Shown: positions 1 through 15,089, counted from the stretch's first letter. The stretch is 64,000 bases of DNA from Eledone cirrhosa (GCA_964016885.1 OZ024748.1:16740001-16804000), one strand, 5' to 3'. Translations and numbers: made by a program. Notes: generated from the sequence alone by a model not told the origin.

Positions 1-860
<860 letters not shown>

Positions 861-1008
861 TCCGCTAAGGTGAAACAATTGTTCTTGGTATGGTGAACTA
901 ACTGTTGTGTAACCACTTCTACCTTACTCGTCCCATGGACTGAGTGCTCTACCACTACGGATATTACCTTCCAGTGTTCTACCACTATATATATATATAT
1001 ATATATAT

Positions 1009-1384
1009 GTAGATAAATCTACCAAGAGTTTACGGTAGTGTCCAATCCGTATGAAGAACTCAATGTAATCCGGATATCATGGAAAGAAGAGATGCAATGA
1101 AAAATCACTTTCGGTGAAAGATAAACGGAATACAGAGTCAAGATAAAATATTAAAAAAATAATGAATAATGAATTCTGAAGACGGCATATATATGTGTTG
1201 GGTATGTATATTTAATTTTGATAGTTTGTATAATTTTGTATAATTTTGTACATAGATCTGTTGAATATGCATGCCAATTCTAACACATATATATCCTAGA
1301 AACGATCGTTAAATAATGAACTTTTTTTGTTTAATATAAGGAACTGTTTCATTGTTTTATTCATTATTTTTTTTAATATTTTAT
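1009..1384. mobile_element. Penelope-like terminal-repeat remnant with a short inverted segment and a decayed hammerhead motif
   Basis: CTGAAGA 1176-1182; about 17-bp stem II (GGCATATATATGTGTTGG / CTAACACATATATATCC); GAAAC-GATC-GTT 1299-1310; 1143-1169 is inverted at about 1357-1384; flanked by TA arrays. Confidence 0.55.
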
Positions 1385-1399
1385 ATATATATATATATA

Positions 1400-1545
1400 T
1401 ATTAAAATAACAGATTTAAGTTTAAGCAAAGAATCGCTGCTTTCACCCTTAACAGGATCTTTTGAAACTAACAAAGTCAATCTGTAAACGCAGAAGTGGA
1501 TATTTCAAAAAACGTTGCAACCGGAGGAAGGCAGGAAGCCCTCTT
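1400..1545 (-). mobile_element. Dispersed repeat: 3' tail of hammerhead-associated element family B
   Basis: Near-identical to 14225-14375 and reverse complement of about 47195-47342. Confidence 0.7.
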
Positions 1546-1642
1546 TGGATTTTAGTCTTCAAATTTATTATTATTACTATAAATATATATATAAATATAT
1601 ATATATAAATAAATATATATAAATATATATATAAATAAATAT

Positions 1643-1674
<32 letters not shown>

Positions 1675-1807
1675 GCATATATGTATATACACAGACATAT
1701 ATATATATGTATGCATGTGTATAGATATATATGCATATATATATATATATACACACATATGTATATATGTATGCATGTGTATATAAATATATACATATGT
1801 GTGTGTG

Positions 1808-1857
<50 letters not shown>

Positions 1858-1861
<4 letters not shown>

Positions 1862-2487
1862 GAAGTGGTGGATAGCTTCCGGTACCTAGGAGATCAGATT
1901 AGCATGGGAGGAGGGTGTTCCGAGGCCACAGTATCTAGAATAAGGACGGGTTGGAAGAAGTTTAGGGAGCTGCTTCCTCTGCTGATGAAGAAGGGTTTCT
2001 CCCTGCGTACGAAAGGCCGGTTATATGATGCCTGTGTGAGGAGCGCGATGCTGCATGGTTGTGAGACTTGAGCAGCAACTGCAGAGGATATGCGACGGCT
2101 GGAGAGAAATGAGGCAAGCATGCTCCGTTGGATGTACAGTGTAAATGTACGTGAATGACCCAGCATAAATGTGTTGAGAGAGAAACTGTGTCTGAGAGGG
2201 ATAGAATGTAGTGTACGGGAGAGGAGACTGAGGTGGTATGGACATGTGATGTGCATGGAGGATGACCGATGGGTGAAGAAGTGCCAGGAAATGCCAGTTG
2301 AAGGAAGACGTGGTAGAGGTAGACCACGAAAAACATGGGTGGAGGTGGTGAGAACAGACTTCAGATCGTTGAAGCTCACGTTGGAGATGACAAAGGACCG
2401 TGACGAGTGGAGAGATGCTGTGCTGAATAAGACCTGTCCCACCCTTGCAAGCAGGGAAGAGCGGACGTAAAATGATGATGATGATGA
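1858..2487 (+). mobile_element. RTE-clade LINE 3' fragment, short-UTR subfamily, (GAT)n tail; pseudogenised
   Basis: [53 protein letters not shown]; in-frame stops; ends GGACGTAAAATGATGATG. Confidence 0.93.
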
Positions 2488-2495
2488 TATATATA

Positions 2496-2582
<87 letters not shown>

Positions 2583-3069
2583 ATGTATATATATATATTT
2601 GCTTTCATATTTATATATATATAATATATATATATACGTTCATATTTATTTGTTGTATTTTCTGTTTTTATATGTTTGTTATATATATATATAGTCTTAT
2701 CGTGTGAATCCATTAATATCTCTTGCTACAAATCTGTCAATGCTATTTAGCTGTTATTTAGTTATTCATTTTCAAAAGCCTTAATATTTTAAGGTTTAAT
2801 AGACCAATTAACCTTCCATTTAGATTTTGCTCTCATACTTATCTTGTATTGCTACTGTATTACTCTCATACATAATATGTACTGCTACTGCTACTGCAAC
2901 TACTACAGATGTTATATCAATTTAAGTATAAGAAAACAAACAGAAACAAAACATTACAAAACAGAGCAAAAGGAAATAATAAAATAATATCTGAATATGT
3001 AAAATGAAAGGGAAATATTTTAAGTTATTCTTGCTGTAGGTTGTAAAGTATATTTAAATTAAATTGTAC

Positions 3070-3681
3070 ATAAAAAGCACCCAGTCTACCTTGTAAAGTA
3101 GTCGTGCTGATGTCATGATAAAAAAGCAGTCTACCCTGTGGAGTGGTTATGTTGATGTCATGATTAAATGTACCCAGTCTACCCTGTAAAGTGGCCGGGT
3201 TGATGTCATGATAAAAAGTACCCAGTCTACCCTGTGAAGTGGTCATGTTGATGTCATGATTAAATATAGCCAGTCTACCCTGTAAAGTGATTGTGTTGAT
3301 ATCATGATTAAATGTAACTAATATACCCTGTAAAGTGGCCATGTTGAATTCACAACAAAAATTACCCAGTCTATGCTGTAAAGTGATCATGATTAAATGC
3401 ACCCAGTCTACCCTGCAAAGTGATCATGTTGGTGTCACGATAAAAAGTACTCGGTCCATACTGTAAAGTGGTCCTTTTCGTACCAAGATAAAAAGCACCC
3501 AACACACACCGTAAATGTGGTTGGTATTAGAGAGGGCATCCATTTTCAGAAGCCAATCCAGAAATAGTTCTGTATGAGCAAGACATGGTCATCTGACCTG
3601 ATTTGTTTCACAAAGTCAAGAAAACTCATCTAACCCATGCTAGTGTGGAAAAATGGATGTTAAACGGTGATGATGATGATG
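3070..3681 (+). mobile_element. RTE LINE 3' UTR with expanded ~39-bp tandem units and (GAT)n tail
   Basis: About 11 degenerate units CCCAGTCTACCCTGTAAAGTGGTCATGTTGATGTCATGAT, then GTGGTTGGTATTAG..GGCATCC and ACCCATGCTAGTGTGGAAAAATGGATGTTAAA(TGA)n as in other RTE tails. Confidence 0.8.
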
Positions 3682-3940
3682 TATATGGATGATGATTGTT
3701 AAGTGAAGCAGTGTCAAGAGATTCCAATGGAAGGCTGCTACAGTTGAAGAATACTAAGGAAAGCCTTGGGCAGAACTGGTGAAGACAGCTGATCTCAAAT
3801 CCTTTATTTGGACACAGAAAAGATTATGTAGTGGAGGGAGGCAGTGTCGAGAAAAATTAAAGAAGACCAGCACTGAAGTTATGGGAGCTTGTCTCAAAAC
3901 AGTGAACCATACCCCTGGGCACACCCAGAGGATATAATGA

Positions 3941-4153
3941 TTTCTTATATAGGCACAAGTCCAGCAATTCCAGGGAAGAGGAGAGTTGAGTAAATCAACC
4001 CCAGTGCATGACTGGTACATTATTTTATTGACCCCGTAAGGATGAAAGGCAAAATTAACCTTGGTGGGATTTGAACTCAGATCATAAAGGGCCGTAACTC
4101 TATGCTGCAAAGCATGGCGTCCGACCCTCTACTGATACTGCCAATACACCGCC
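3941..4153 (-). mobile_element. tRNA-derived SINE family 1 (Meta-like body), full length with 14-bp TSD
   Basis: B-box-like GAGTTCAAATC on minus; body TTGCCTTTCATCCTTACGGGGTC.ATAAAATAA; TSD AGAGGATATAATGA at 3927-3940 and 4154-4167. Confidence 0.9.
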
Positions 4154-4926
4154 AGAGGATATAATGAAGAAATGTAACAAGTGCATCAAACTTTCCCCCT
4201 ATTTACAACATGCTCCTCATCACAGGTTGCCACAAAGAAAAACATTTCCATTGCCTTCAATGGCCTACTAGGGATGGTGGCAGGATGGGTGAAGAAACAC
4301 ACACAGATGCTTATAAAATGTCAGCAGCAGCAAGACATAGGCTGACCAAAACACCAACAACACTACCAAAATAAGGGTAGCTGTCAGATGTACTTACCAA
4401 TAGCAAAAACAAACACGACAGGGAACCTCTACCTCAGAAAGAATTTCTATAGACTTTTGACTGAGGAATGCCCTCAAAACTGACCAATGGGAGGAGTGAA
4501 CTTACAAATTTTTATGACATTATGATTGGGTATAACACACACACACATTTTATTTGATTATTTTATTTGGTTCCTCTACCACCTTATTCCTTCTACCACT
4601 TTATCATCTTTTTGAGCTGACTCTAACACCAACACCACTACCAACATAAGAGTAGAGGTCAGATGTACTTAGCAATAACAAGAAAAACCACTACAGATGG
4701 CCTTGCCTCAGAATGAATTTCTATAGAATTCTGACTGAGGAATGTTCTCACAACTGACCAATGAGAGGAGAAGATGTCTTTTGATACTGAAATTCGTTTG
4801 TTTAAATTCATATGATTCCAGTTCCTCAATGAAACAACAACCCAACCAGGAACTTGGCATATCAGAGTATTGACAAAGTTAAACACCTCAACAACATGTG
4901 TACTCGTCTCTACCACACTAATTCGG

Positions 4927-4980
4927 ACTGCCTGAAGAGGTCACAACCAAAGAAGAGGTCACCGAAATATATATAGCAGT
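4927..4980 (+). ncRNA. Type I minimal hammerhead ribozyme
   Basis: Stem I ACTGC/GCAGT; core CTGAAGA; stem II GGT..ACC; GAAA; palindromic stem III ATATATAT; AUA cleavage triplet; AATAAA follows immediately. Confidence 0.8.
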
Positions 4981-5031
4981 AATAAACGAAGCCAAATTTT
5001 AAACATTTGCCTTATTTATTTTATTTTATTT

Positions 5032-5071
<40 letters not shown>

Positions 5072-5098
5072 AAATAAAATAAAATAAAATAAAATAAA

Positions 5099-5175
<77 letters not shown>

Positions 5176-5234
5176 CATATGTATATATATATATGTATAT
5201 ATATATATACTTATATATATATATATATATATAT

Positions 5235-5386
5235 ATCATCATCATCATTCTACGTCCGCTTTTCCCTGCTTGCAAGGGTGGGAATATATATATATATATA
5301 TATATGTGTGTATATATATATATTAATATATGTGTATGTATATATATATGTATATATATATATATATATGTATGTATATATATATG

Positions 5387-5438
<52 letters not shown>

Positions 5439-5572
5439 CATACATATATATATATATATACATATATATATACATACACATATATTAATATATATATATA
5501 CACACACATATATATATATATATATATTCCCACCCTTGCAAGCAGGGAAAAGCGGACGTAGAATGATGATGA
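5235..5572. repeat. Fold-back inverted duplication of an RTE tail plus adjacent microsatellite
   Basis: CATCATTCTACGTCCGCTTTTCCCTGCTTGCAAGGGTGGGAATATA.. is mirrored at 5522-5572; the TA-array interruptions are also mirrored. Confidence 0.85.
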
Positions 5573-5576
5573 TATG

Positions 5577-6419
<843 letters not shown>

Positions 6420-6431
6420 TATATATACATG

Positions 6432-6462
<31 letters not shown>

Positions 6463-6567
6463 GTATATATAAATATGTGATGTAGGATAAAGTGAAACAA
6501 TGAAATAAATAAGAAAATAAATAATTATATAAATAATTAATTAAATGGAAACTCCAAGTGAGAACAT

Positions 6568-7893
6568 TGTAAGATTGGTTGGCATGGCAACATTGCTATA
6601 CTTCATTGAAACAAGATGTGACACAAAGAGGGAGAGAGAGAGAGTATGTAAATGAGAGAGAAAGAGAGAGATATAGAATGCAAGAGAGAGAAAAAGAGAG
6701 TGGACAAGTAAGAGCATGCAATATATATGCATGTGCGGGTGTGTATCATTATATATATATATATATATATACATACATAGATATACAAGATAGAGAGTGG
6801 GCACCTATGAGAAAGCAAGATATATACATTTATGGATATATATATATATATATGTGTACACACACAAATATATATATATATACATACACACACATATATA
6901 TGTCTAGGGCAGGTAAAATTTCCGAGATCCATGGATGAGTTCTTTCCAGTGGTCTCTGTCCCTCCTTATCGCTGCCATGTCCTGCGTCTCCAACAGACCA
7001 GTGTCTTTCCTTAGGGCATCAACATACGTTAACCTTGGTCTTCCTCTTCCAGTGTGTCCATGCAGGGGCTCCCACAGGAGCAGTGAGTGCGATGTCAACT
7101 CTGGATGTCGGTGAGCATGTCCAGCTAGCCTCAGTCTCCTCTGTGTATCACTTTTGAGCTGACTTTTGGGAGGCTCCCATACAGCTCTGAGTTTTTCATC
7201 CTCAGTGTATACTGATTAATGTTCAGAGCCATCCTCAGCATTCTCGTGTAGCACCCATCCACCATCTGAGTTAGTTTCTTGGTCAGTGTCCAAGTTTCAG
7301 ACCCGTACAGCAGCACAGACTCCTCTACAGCAATGAAGAGGCGGATTTTCAGGTCTTTACAAAGGTCCGACTTCCACACCGATCTCAAGCTGTAACACGC
7401 CACCCAGGCTTTGCTCTTCCTCTCAACCACATCATCTTCCGTATTCCCAATCTCTGTTCCCAAATACAGGAAGTCCTCAACAAATTCTAGTGGCTTACCG
7501 CCTACATTAGTAATCCCCTCTGGCTTCTCAACATTCTCTACCAGACATTTTGTCTTAGTCACATTCATTCTCAGCCCCACACTCATTGACACAGTCTCAA
7601 CCTCCTGCATCAAATCCTCTGCCTCCTTCACTGTATTTGTCACCAAAACTATGTCGTCGGCAAATTCAGCATCCGATATCTTTTTCGCCTTAACTCTCCT
7701 GCTCTGAGCCGGTGCTACACACACACATGCATATATATTGCTTGCTCTTACTTGTCCACTCTCTTTTTCTCTCTCTTGCATTCCATATCTCTCTCTCTTT
7801 CTCTCTCATTTATATACTCTCTCTTTCTCCCTCTTTGTGTCACACCTTGTTTCAATGAAGTATGGCAATGTTGCCATGCCAACCAATCTTACA
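6568..7893. mobile_element. Non-autonomous long-TIR element (TGT...ACA termini, ~165-bp inverted arms) interrupted by an RTE fragment
   Basis: TGTAAGATTGGTTGGCATGGCAAC..GCATGTG (6568-6735) is inverted at about 7724-7893; no clean TSD. Confidence 0.7.
6903..7717 (-). mobile_element. RTE-like LINE lineage 2, RT C-terminal fragment
   Basis: [56 protein letters not shown]; homologous to 47458-47722. Confidence 0.92.
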
Positions 7894-7908
7894 CACATAT
7901 ATATCCAT

Positions 7909-7953
<45 letters not shown>

Positions 7954-8486
7954 ATAGACATTAGCAACAACTGCAAGTTAGAATCATTAGAGGAGAAACT
8001 GATAAAGACATAATTTGCCATTTTGCTACACACCGTTTGGATTTACGGGAAATTCTTCATATTAGATAAGAACCCCAATTATATAGTCCAGCTTTAAATC
8101 AATAGGCATCAGATTTTGATAACCAATATAATATCTGGTTGCCTATCAAAACATTATTTCAACATTCTCAAAGTGATTAAAAGATAACAAGCCCCATGTT
8201 TGCATACTGTCCCCGGTCTTTTGGAAAACACTTTAAAAATGGCGCTATTAAGCTTGCAGCTATTAAAAGGCTGGCATCTAATGGCATAAACTGAATTAGC
8301 ATGTTCTGAGAGAGTGAAAAAGAGTGGGTGAGATGGAGAGAAAAGCTATTAAACTGAAATCTTCAACCTGCAATAAGGTTCAAAATTACATACAAGATTG
8401 GAGAAATATTTCCTAAAATATATTAATATAATATATTTATATTCATTAATTTGCTGAACACTAACACTAACACACCAGGATTCATA

Positions 8487-8520
<34 letters not shown>

Positions 8521-8693
8521 ACACATGTATAAGACTTTTTGTACCTCTTTTTGACGTTTCCTTGACAACATATATGTATATATATATTTATATATATATA
8601 TATATTTATATGTACATATATATATATTTGTGTATATATATATATATACACACATATATATACATATATATATATAAATATATATAAATATAC

Positions 8694-8734
<41 letters not shown>

Positions 8735-8934
8735 AGTATATATACATATATATATATATAAATATATATATATACATATATATATATATAAATATATATA
8801 TATATAAATATGTATATATATACATATATATATATAAATATATATATATAAATATATATATATACATATATATATAAATATATATATATATACATATATA
8901 TATAAATATATATATATATACATATATATATATT

Positions 8935-8974
<40 letters not shown>

Positions 8975-9091
8975 TATATACATATATATATATATAAATA
9001 TATATGTATATAAATATATATATATACATATATATATACATATACCCATGCAAGCATGGAAGATGGACGTTAAATGATGATGATGATGATG

Positions 9092-9130
<39 letters not shown>

Positions 9131-9271
9131 TATATAAAAATATATATATATATAAATATATAGTTATATGAATAAATATGGATAAAATCCTTCTCTTAAT
9201 GCTTACCTGTGTTTTCTGTTTTATACTATATAAATATATATACATACATATATATATATACATATAAATAT

Positions 9272-9356
<85 letters not shown>

Positions 9357-9421
9357 TCTTCGTTTAACGTCCATTTTCCACGCTAGCAAGGGTTAGACGG
9401 CAAATATATACATATATATAC

Positions 9422-9522
<101 letters not shown>

Positions 9523-10651
9523 TGTTGGAAAGGAGTAGGCAAAAACTCCATTTTATGTCCCAAATGCAAAGTATGGGTGCATAAAAGATGTAGTGGGATC
9601 ACAGGTAAGCTAACTAAGAATATAGATTTTATATGTGGCCGGTGCTCTGGTGCAATAAGTAGCAGCAAATGTCCAGAGAATACTAGCTGATTCCATTGCA
9701 CAGATGGTTCTATAGAAATAGTGGACACCTTCCGTTACCTGGGTGACAAAATCAGCAGTGGAGGAGGGTGCTCTGAAAGTACAGTAGCTAGAGTCCGAAC
9801 GGGATGGAAAAAGTTCAGGGAGCTTATAACACTATTGGCCGCTAAAGGTTTCTCTCTAAAAATAAAAGTCAGGCTGTATGATGCCTGCATACAAACAGCG
9901 ATGTTACATGGCAGTGAGACATGGGCCTTGTGTGCAGATGATCTACGCAGACTGGAGAGGAACGAAGCTTGCATGCTCCGTTGGATGTGTAATATTAATA
10001 TACGTGAACGGCAAAGCATAAATGAACTAAGTGAAAAATTAGGAATAAGAGGGATCAGATGCTGTTTACTCGAGAGAAGACTACGTTGGTATGGTCACAT
10101 GATGCGCATGAAAGACGACAGCTGTATAAAAAAGTGCAGGGCGATCAAAATAGATGGTAGCTACAGAGTAGGGAGACCCAGAAAAACCTGGGACGACTTG
10201 ATAAAATCCGACCTCACACACTTACACCTCTCCAAGACAATGTCACTAGACCGAGATCTTCGGTGCTACGTAGTAATACAGAAGACCCGCCTTGCCTAAG
10301 TACAAAGTGAAAGCTACAGTCTGTAGGCACCTCTTAACCAAAATACACCCCCTTCCCACTAACCCTACCCCCACCGCCATCTACACCACCCCTTTCGATG
10401 TAAAGCTATTTAGGTACCACAACATCCAGTCCTAAATAAACGAGGTTGTGTAGGTGTCACGGCAAAAAACACACAGTCCACGCTGTAATGTGGGCGTGTA
10501 TGTAACACGGTAAAAACCTCCCAGTCCACGCTGTAAACGTGGTTGGTGTTAGGAAGTGGGACAATTCCTCAAGTGGGACAATTCCCGTCCAGACACATGC
10601 TAGCGTGGAAAGTGGACGTTAAATGATGATGATGATGATGATGATGATGAT
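9523..10651 (+). mobile_element. RTE LINE 3' fragment including a PHD-like finger, RT C-terminus, 3' UTR and (GAT)n
   Basis: [29 protein letters not shown], then [30 protein letters not shown]; premature TGA at 9688-9690. Confidence 0.94.
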
Positions 10652-10654
10652 ATG

Positions 10655-10712
<58 letters not shown>

Positions 10713-10715
<3 letters not shown>

Positions 10716-11150
10716 TCATCATCATCATCATCATCAGGTTTAGCGTCCGTGTTCCACGCTTGCATGGGTTTGGACGGGGGTTTTCCCACTTGAGGCAAGA
10801 GTGGTTGTCTTGCTCGCATAGGACTGTCTGGCGGGTTTTCTACAGTTGGATGCCCTTCCTAACACCAACCACATTTACAGTGTGGGGCTGGGAGGTTTTT
10901 ACCGTGTTGCTTACACGGCCACATTACAGCGTGGACTGTCTGGCAGGTTTTCTACAGCTGGATGCCCTTCCTAACACCAACCACATTTACAGTGTGGGGC
11001 TGGGAGGTTTTTACCGTGTTGCCTACACGGCCACATTTACAGCGTGGACTGTGTTTTTTTTGTCGTGACACCTACACGATCTCATTTGTTTCGGCCTGGA
11101 TGTTGTGGGACCAACATAACTTTACATTGAAAGGGGCGGTGTGGGTGGGG
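10713..11150 (-). mobile_element. RTE LINE 3' UTR with internal ~112-bp duplication, convergent with the preceding copy
   Basis: (CAT)n then reverse complement of the 6090-6419 UTR; GGACTGTCTGGC..CCACATTACAGCGT occurs twice. Confidence 0.88.
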
Positions 11151-11168
11151 TATATATATATATATATA

Positions 11169-11740
11169 GTATTTTCCGTAGTGTTGTAATATGAATATTA
11201 CACACAGTAGATGGACAGCTCACGTAAGGTTTGCTCGACGGTTCCAGTTGTAGTTTCAAAAGTAATCCGGAGAAAATAGAAGGATTTAAATGGATACAGT
11301 TCAGTAAAAGGAATTTATTGACACGTGTTTCAATACCAGTTATATAACCTGAATACAGCTGCTATCTACAAAGTATTAGTTATGCAGACACTCAATATTT
11401 CAATGTTATTTTCAACTATCATTTCATCAGAATAATCTCATTGAGAACTTGTTTGGTTTTTATAGAGAATATTAAGAGGGCGGAGTGAAGTTAGAAGAAT
11501 AGTTAAGGGAGTGGATAGAAATGTTTGATAGCAGTGGGTAATTAGATTCCCATCTGTTGTTTTGACATTTTTATAGAATACATTATTTGGCTTGGTTATT
11601 TTTCTAAATCTATAGAAAATAACCAACGCCAAATAATGTATTCTATAAAAATGTCGAAACAACTGATGGAACAGGAACAAAATAGAGAGGCAGTACGAAC
11701 AAAGGTTTATTAGTTTCACGCTCTTGAGAGTGGGGGGTTG
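11169..11740 (-). mobile_element. Penelope-like element 3' end / terminal repeat, non-coding remnant
   Basis: Contains the hammerhead at 11315-11435; 11280-11440 is the reverse complement of a diverged copy at 45990-46160. Confidence 0.6.
11315..11435 (-). ncRNA. Type I hammerhead ribozyme with long stem II
   Basis: Minus strand: TTATT-CTGATGA-[~90 nt, closed by AATGATAGTT/AACTGGTATT]-GAAAC-ACGT-GTC-AATAA. Confidence 0.75.
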
Positions 11741-11747
11741 CTGGTGG

Positions 11748-11945
11748 AGTTTTAATATAGATGAGATTCTACAGGACTAGAACTGTTTCATTCTTTAGAA
11801 ATGATCAGGAATGATTCCTGATGATTTCTAAAGAATGAAACAGTTCTCGTCTTGTAGAATCTCATCTATATTAAAACTTTTATACTATGCTATGTATTGA
11901 GTACCTTACTTACTGTGGTTAACTCCGATTCAACCCGGAATAACA
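11748..11945. mobile_element. Palindromic (fold-back) hammerhead-bearing element
   Basis: About 65-bp inverted arms 11748-11812 and 11814-11878 with 3 mismatches; unique tail to about 11945, then TA array. Confidence 0.75.
11813..11861 (+). ncRNA. Type I hammerhead ribozyme
   Basis: GATTC-CTGATGA-T-TTCT-AA-AGAA-T-GAAACAG..TTGTA-GAATC; stem I GATTC/GAATC; stem III ACAG/TTGT; the mirror copy has CTGATCA (G8C) but a perfect ACAG/CTGT. Confidence 0.65.
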
Positions 11946-12324
11946 TATATATATATATATATATATATACATAAGTCTGACAGTGGTTATTCTATGCTGT
12001 GATTATGTCACAGTTTCTCATTATCCTTGTGAAAATGCCAATCACTAGATGGTTAAATCCTCTGAATCTCCAGAGTTTAGTATTTTCTCACAGCCACTGA
12101 AGTAACTGTAATATACATGATCACAATTTAAAATAACAACAGAAAGACTTATGTGTATTTATGATATATAAACATGTTGTATATGCTTTCATATACATTT
12201 CTATTAATGTAATGTAATAGTGGTAAGAAACTATCAGGTGAGCTGGACAGCAAGAGATCTTCAAAGAAGAAATACCACTCAAGCAAGTATTTTGGCCCTT
12301 GACTTCTAATATAATATATTACTG

Positions 12325-12420
12325 TACTGTATACTGGGAGTAAGAGAGAAGGCTGCACTGGTATAGACATGTGATGCATATAAAGAATGGCCATTGGTAG
12401 CTGTAGATGGGACATCATTT
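12325..12420 (+). mobile_element. Highly decayed RTE fragment
   Basis: AGAAGGCTGCACTGGTATAGACATGTGATGCAT = RRLHWYRHVMH. Confidence 0.55.
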
Positions 12421-13561
12421 GTAGCCTTTGGATGGGACATCATTTGGGGAAAAGAACTTAAAAAATTGGATTGATTCATATTAAAATCTAATAAAGCATT
12501 TATTTCATATTTCATCTGTGTTTGTATATTCAAAATGTTTTCCTTTCTCATAATATTTCTCAGTATATTAGGCCTTATACATGAGTCTTTGGAGCACACA
12601 ATCAAGATTTGCCCCGGGCATCACCAGTGCTTTCATTAGAAATTTGGTAATGAAAGGTTTAATAATGAGAAAATTAGTTATATTACTAAATCTTCTCAAA
12701 TCCTTATTTTCAAACTTATTTGAAAACCATAGGCAACAGTATATTTTAATAAAAATATGGTATCAAAAGGGTTAACTCTGTTATTGTTATATTTTTATCG
12801 ATCTCCATAGAATCTTGAGAGAAATATTTCTATTGATCTCTGTAGAATACATATTTTGTGAAGATTCTGTGAATATCTCTTGAACTGCTTGTTAAGTATA
12901 TTTATTGGCTTACAAAACATCTCTGAAACTTGAAAGTGGAATATTTATGAGTACCTAGTGTAGTGAGTATAAAACCAAATACAAAAAAGACAAAAAAGGG
13001 ATTTAATACAGAGTTGAGATAAATATGCTAAACAGTTTCTCTGTTATAAATAATTTACAAGAGCACAGCCGTTAGATAAATTACTCTCCAGTGTTGTTTC
13101 CCCTGAAAACTTTACTAATAAGAAAACATTTCATCTTACTGTTTTCCATATGGCAGAGATGTAGGTGTAGGCATGGTCAAGATAGTCTATTTTGATACAA
13201 ACCCAACCAAAACTGGCTCTGATTCTATCAAACAAAACCACTTATGTTAAAATCTACAAAATCTTATATAGAAATCATATATTAAGTTACTAGCTGAGTA
13301 ATGAGATACTGAGTAAATTCAGGAAACTTCTCAAAATTCATTAGTAATTAATCAAAATAGAGAGTATTTCTTGCAAAATGTGGTAACCTTTTAGATTCTA
13401 TCTTTCTGTGAAGCAAAACCATCCATTTTAAAGGGGCTCTCTTTTAATTAAAAATGTGACACCATAATTTTATATAAGATCTGTATGTGAAGTTATTATC
13501 TTAGTAATGAAATAATTACTAATTTTAGTAAATCCCTGAAAATACTTCATTAATTAATTGA

Positions 13562-13702
13562 TGCATAGAGTTACGGCCCTTGCCATTCTGAGTTCAAATC
13601 CCGCCGAGGTTAACTTTGCCTTTCATCCTTACGGGGTCGATAAAATAAAGTACCAGTAATACACTGGGTAATTGCTGGCCTTGTGCCTAACGTAGAAACA
13701 AT
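13562..13702 (+). mobile_element. SINE family 1, 5'-truncated
   Basis: GAGTTCAAATCCCGCCGAGGTTAACTTTGCCTTTCATCCTTACGGGGTCGATAAAATAAAGTACC..GGCCTTGTGCCTAA. Confidence 0.9.
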
Positions 13703-13937
13703 TAATTAATTGAAATCAATAGTATCTAATTAAAGATATGGTGACAAAAAGGTTAAGAAGCTTGCTTTGCCTTCATAATTGTCTGGATATCATAACGTTG
13801 GTAGCATCTTTGACAGTTGACGTTTTTCATTCTCTCAGTTTTATTGTGCCTTGTGAGGGAAATTGGGTGGGCAGAAACTGTGTGGAAGGCCTTCAAAATA
13901 CACTTTATTTCCATTTCTTTGAGTGTAAAACTAATAA

Positions 13938-14039
13938 TAATAATTGTTTCTACTTTAGGCACAAGGCCAGCAATTACCCAGTACATTACTGGTACTTTAT
14001 TTTATCGACCCCGTAAGGATTAAAGGCAGGATTTGAACT
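13938..14039 (-). mobile_element. SINE family 1, partial
   Basis: Reverse complement of the 3' half, with an internal deletion. Confidence 0.85.
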
Positions 14040-14170
14040 AATAATAATAATGTTTATCTTATCTTGTCATCACATTTTTATTTTCATGGTTTTTAAGTTT
14101 CTGTGGGAACCTGGATATATAGGGGAATAAATACATACATTCATACATATATACACATACACATATATTT

Positions 14171-14218
<48 letters not shown>

Positions 14219-14224
14219 TAAAAT

Positions 14225-14375
14225 TTATTAAAATAACAGATTAAAGTTTAAGCAAAGAATCGCTGCTTTCACCCTTAACGAGATCTTCTGAAACTAACAA
14301 AGTCAATCTGTAAACGCAGAACTGGATATTTCAAAAAACGTTGCAACCGGAGGAAGACAGGAAGACGATACTTTG
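14225..14375 (-). mobile_element. 3' tail of hammerhead-associated element family B
   Basis: Matches 1400-1545 and 47195-47342. Confidence 0.7.
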
Positions 14376-14411
14376 GTTTGTGGTAACGTTCGCTGGCAAA
14401 GAACGGGAAAA

Positions 14412-14493
<82 letters not shown>

Positions 14494-14501
14494 GTATATG
14501 T

Positions 14502-14579
<78 letters not shown>

Positions 14580-14836
14580 GTATGTATATGTGGTACCTAG
14601 CTAATATTATGCGTAGTTATGACATTTCATGTAAAAATTATATAAAAGATTTTGTGGTGACAGCTTGACATCCTTTAGAATATAAACTAGTTAACTGTGG
14701 GTGAGTGTATACATATATATATAAACACATATGAATATATATATACATATATATATATACATATATATATATACATATATATATATACATATATATATAT
14801 ACATATATATATATATACATATATATATACATATAT

Positions 14837-14875
<39 letters not shown>

Positions 14876-14922
14876 TATATACATATATATACATATATAT
14901 ATACATATATATATACATATAT

Positions 14923-14970
<48 letters not shown>

Positions 14971-15026
14971 ATATATATATATATAAATAAATATATATAT
15001 ATATAAATAAATATATATATATATAA

Positions 15027-15089
<63 letters not shown>

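Noticed and set aside
3070-3500. CRISPR-like regularly spaced repeats
   Set aside because: No unique spacers; whole units are homologous and belong to an RTE 3' UTR; eukaryotic context with no cas genes.
4458-4490. CTGAGGA motifs in the duplicated block (also 4735)
   Set aside because: No GAAA and no supporting stems.
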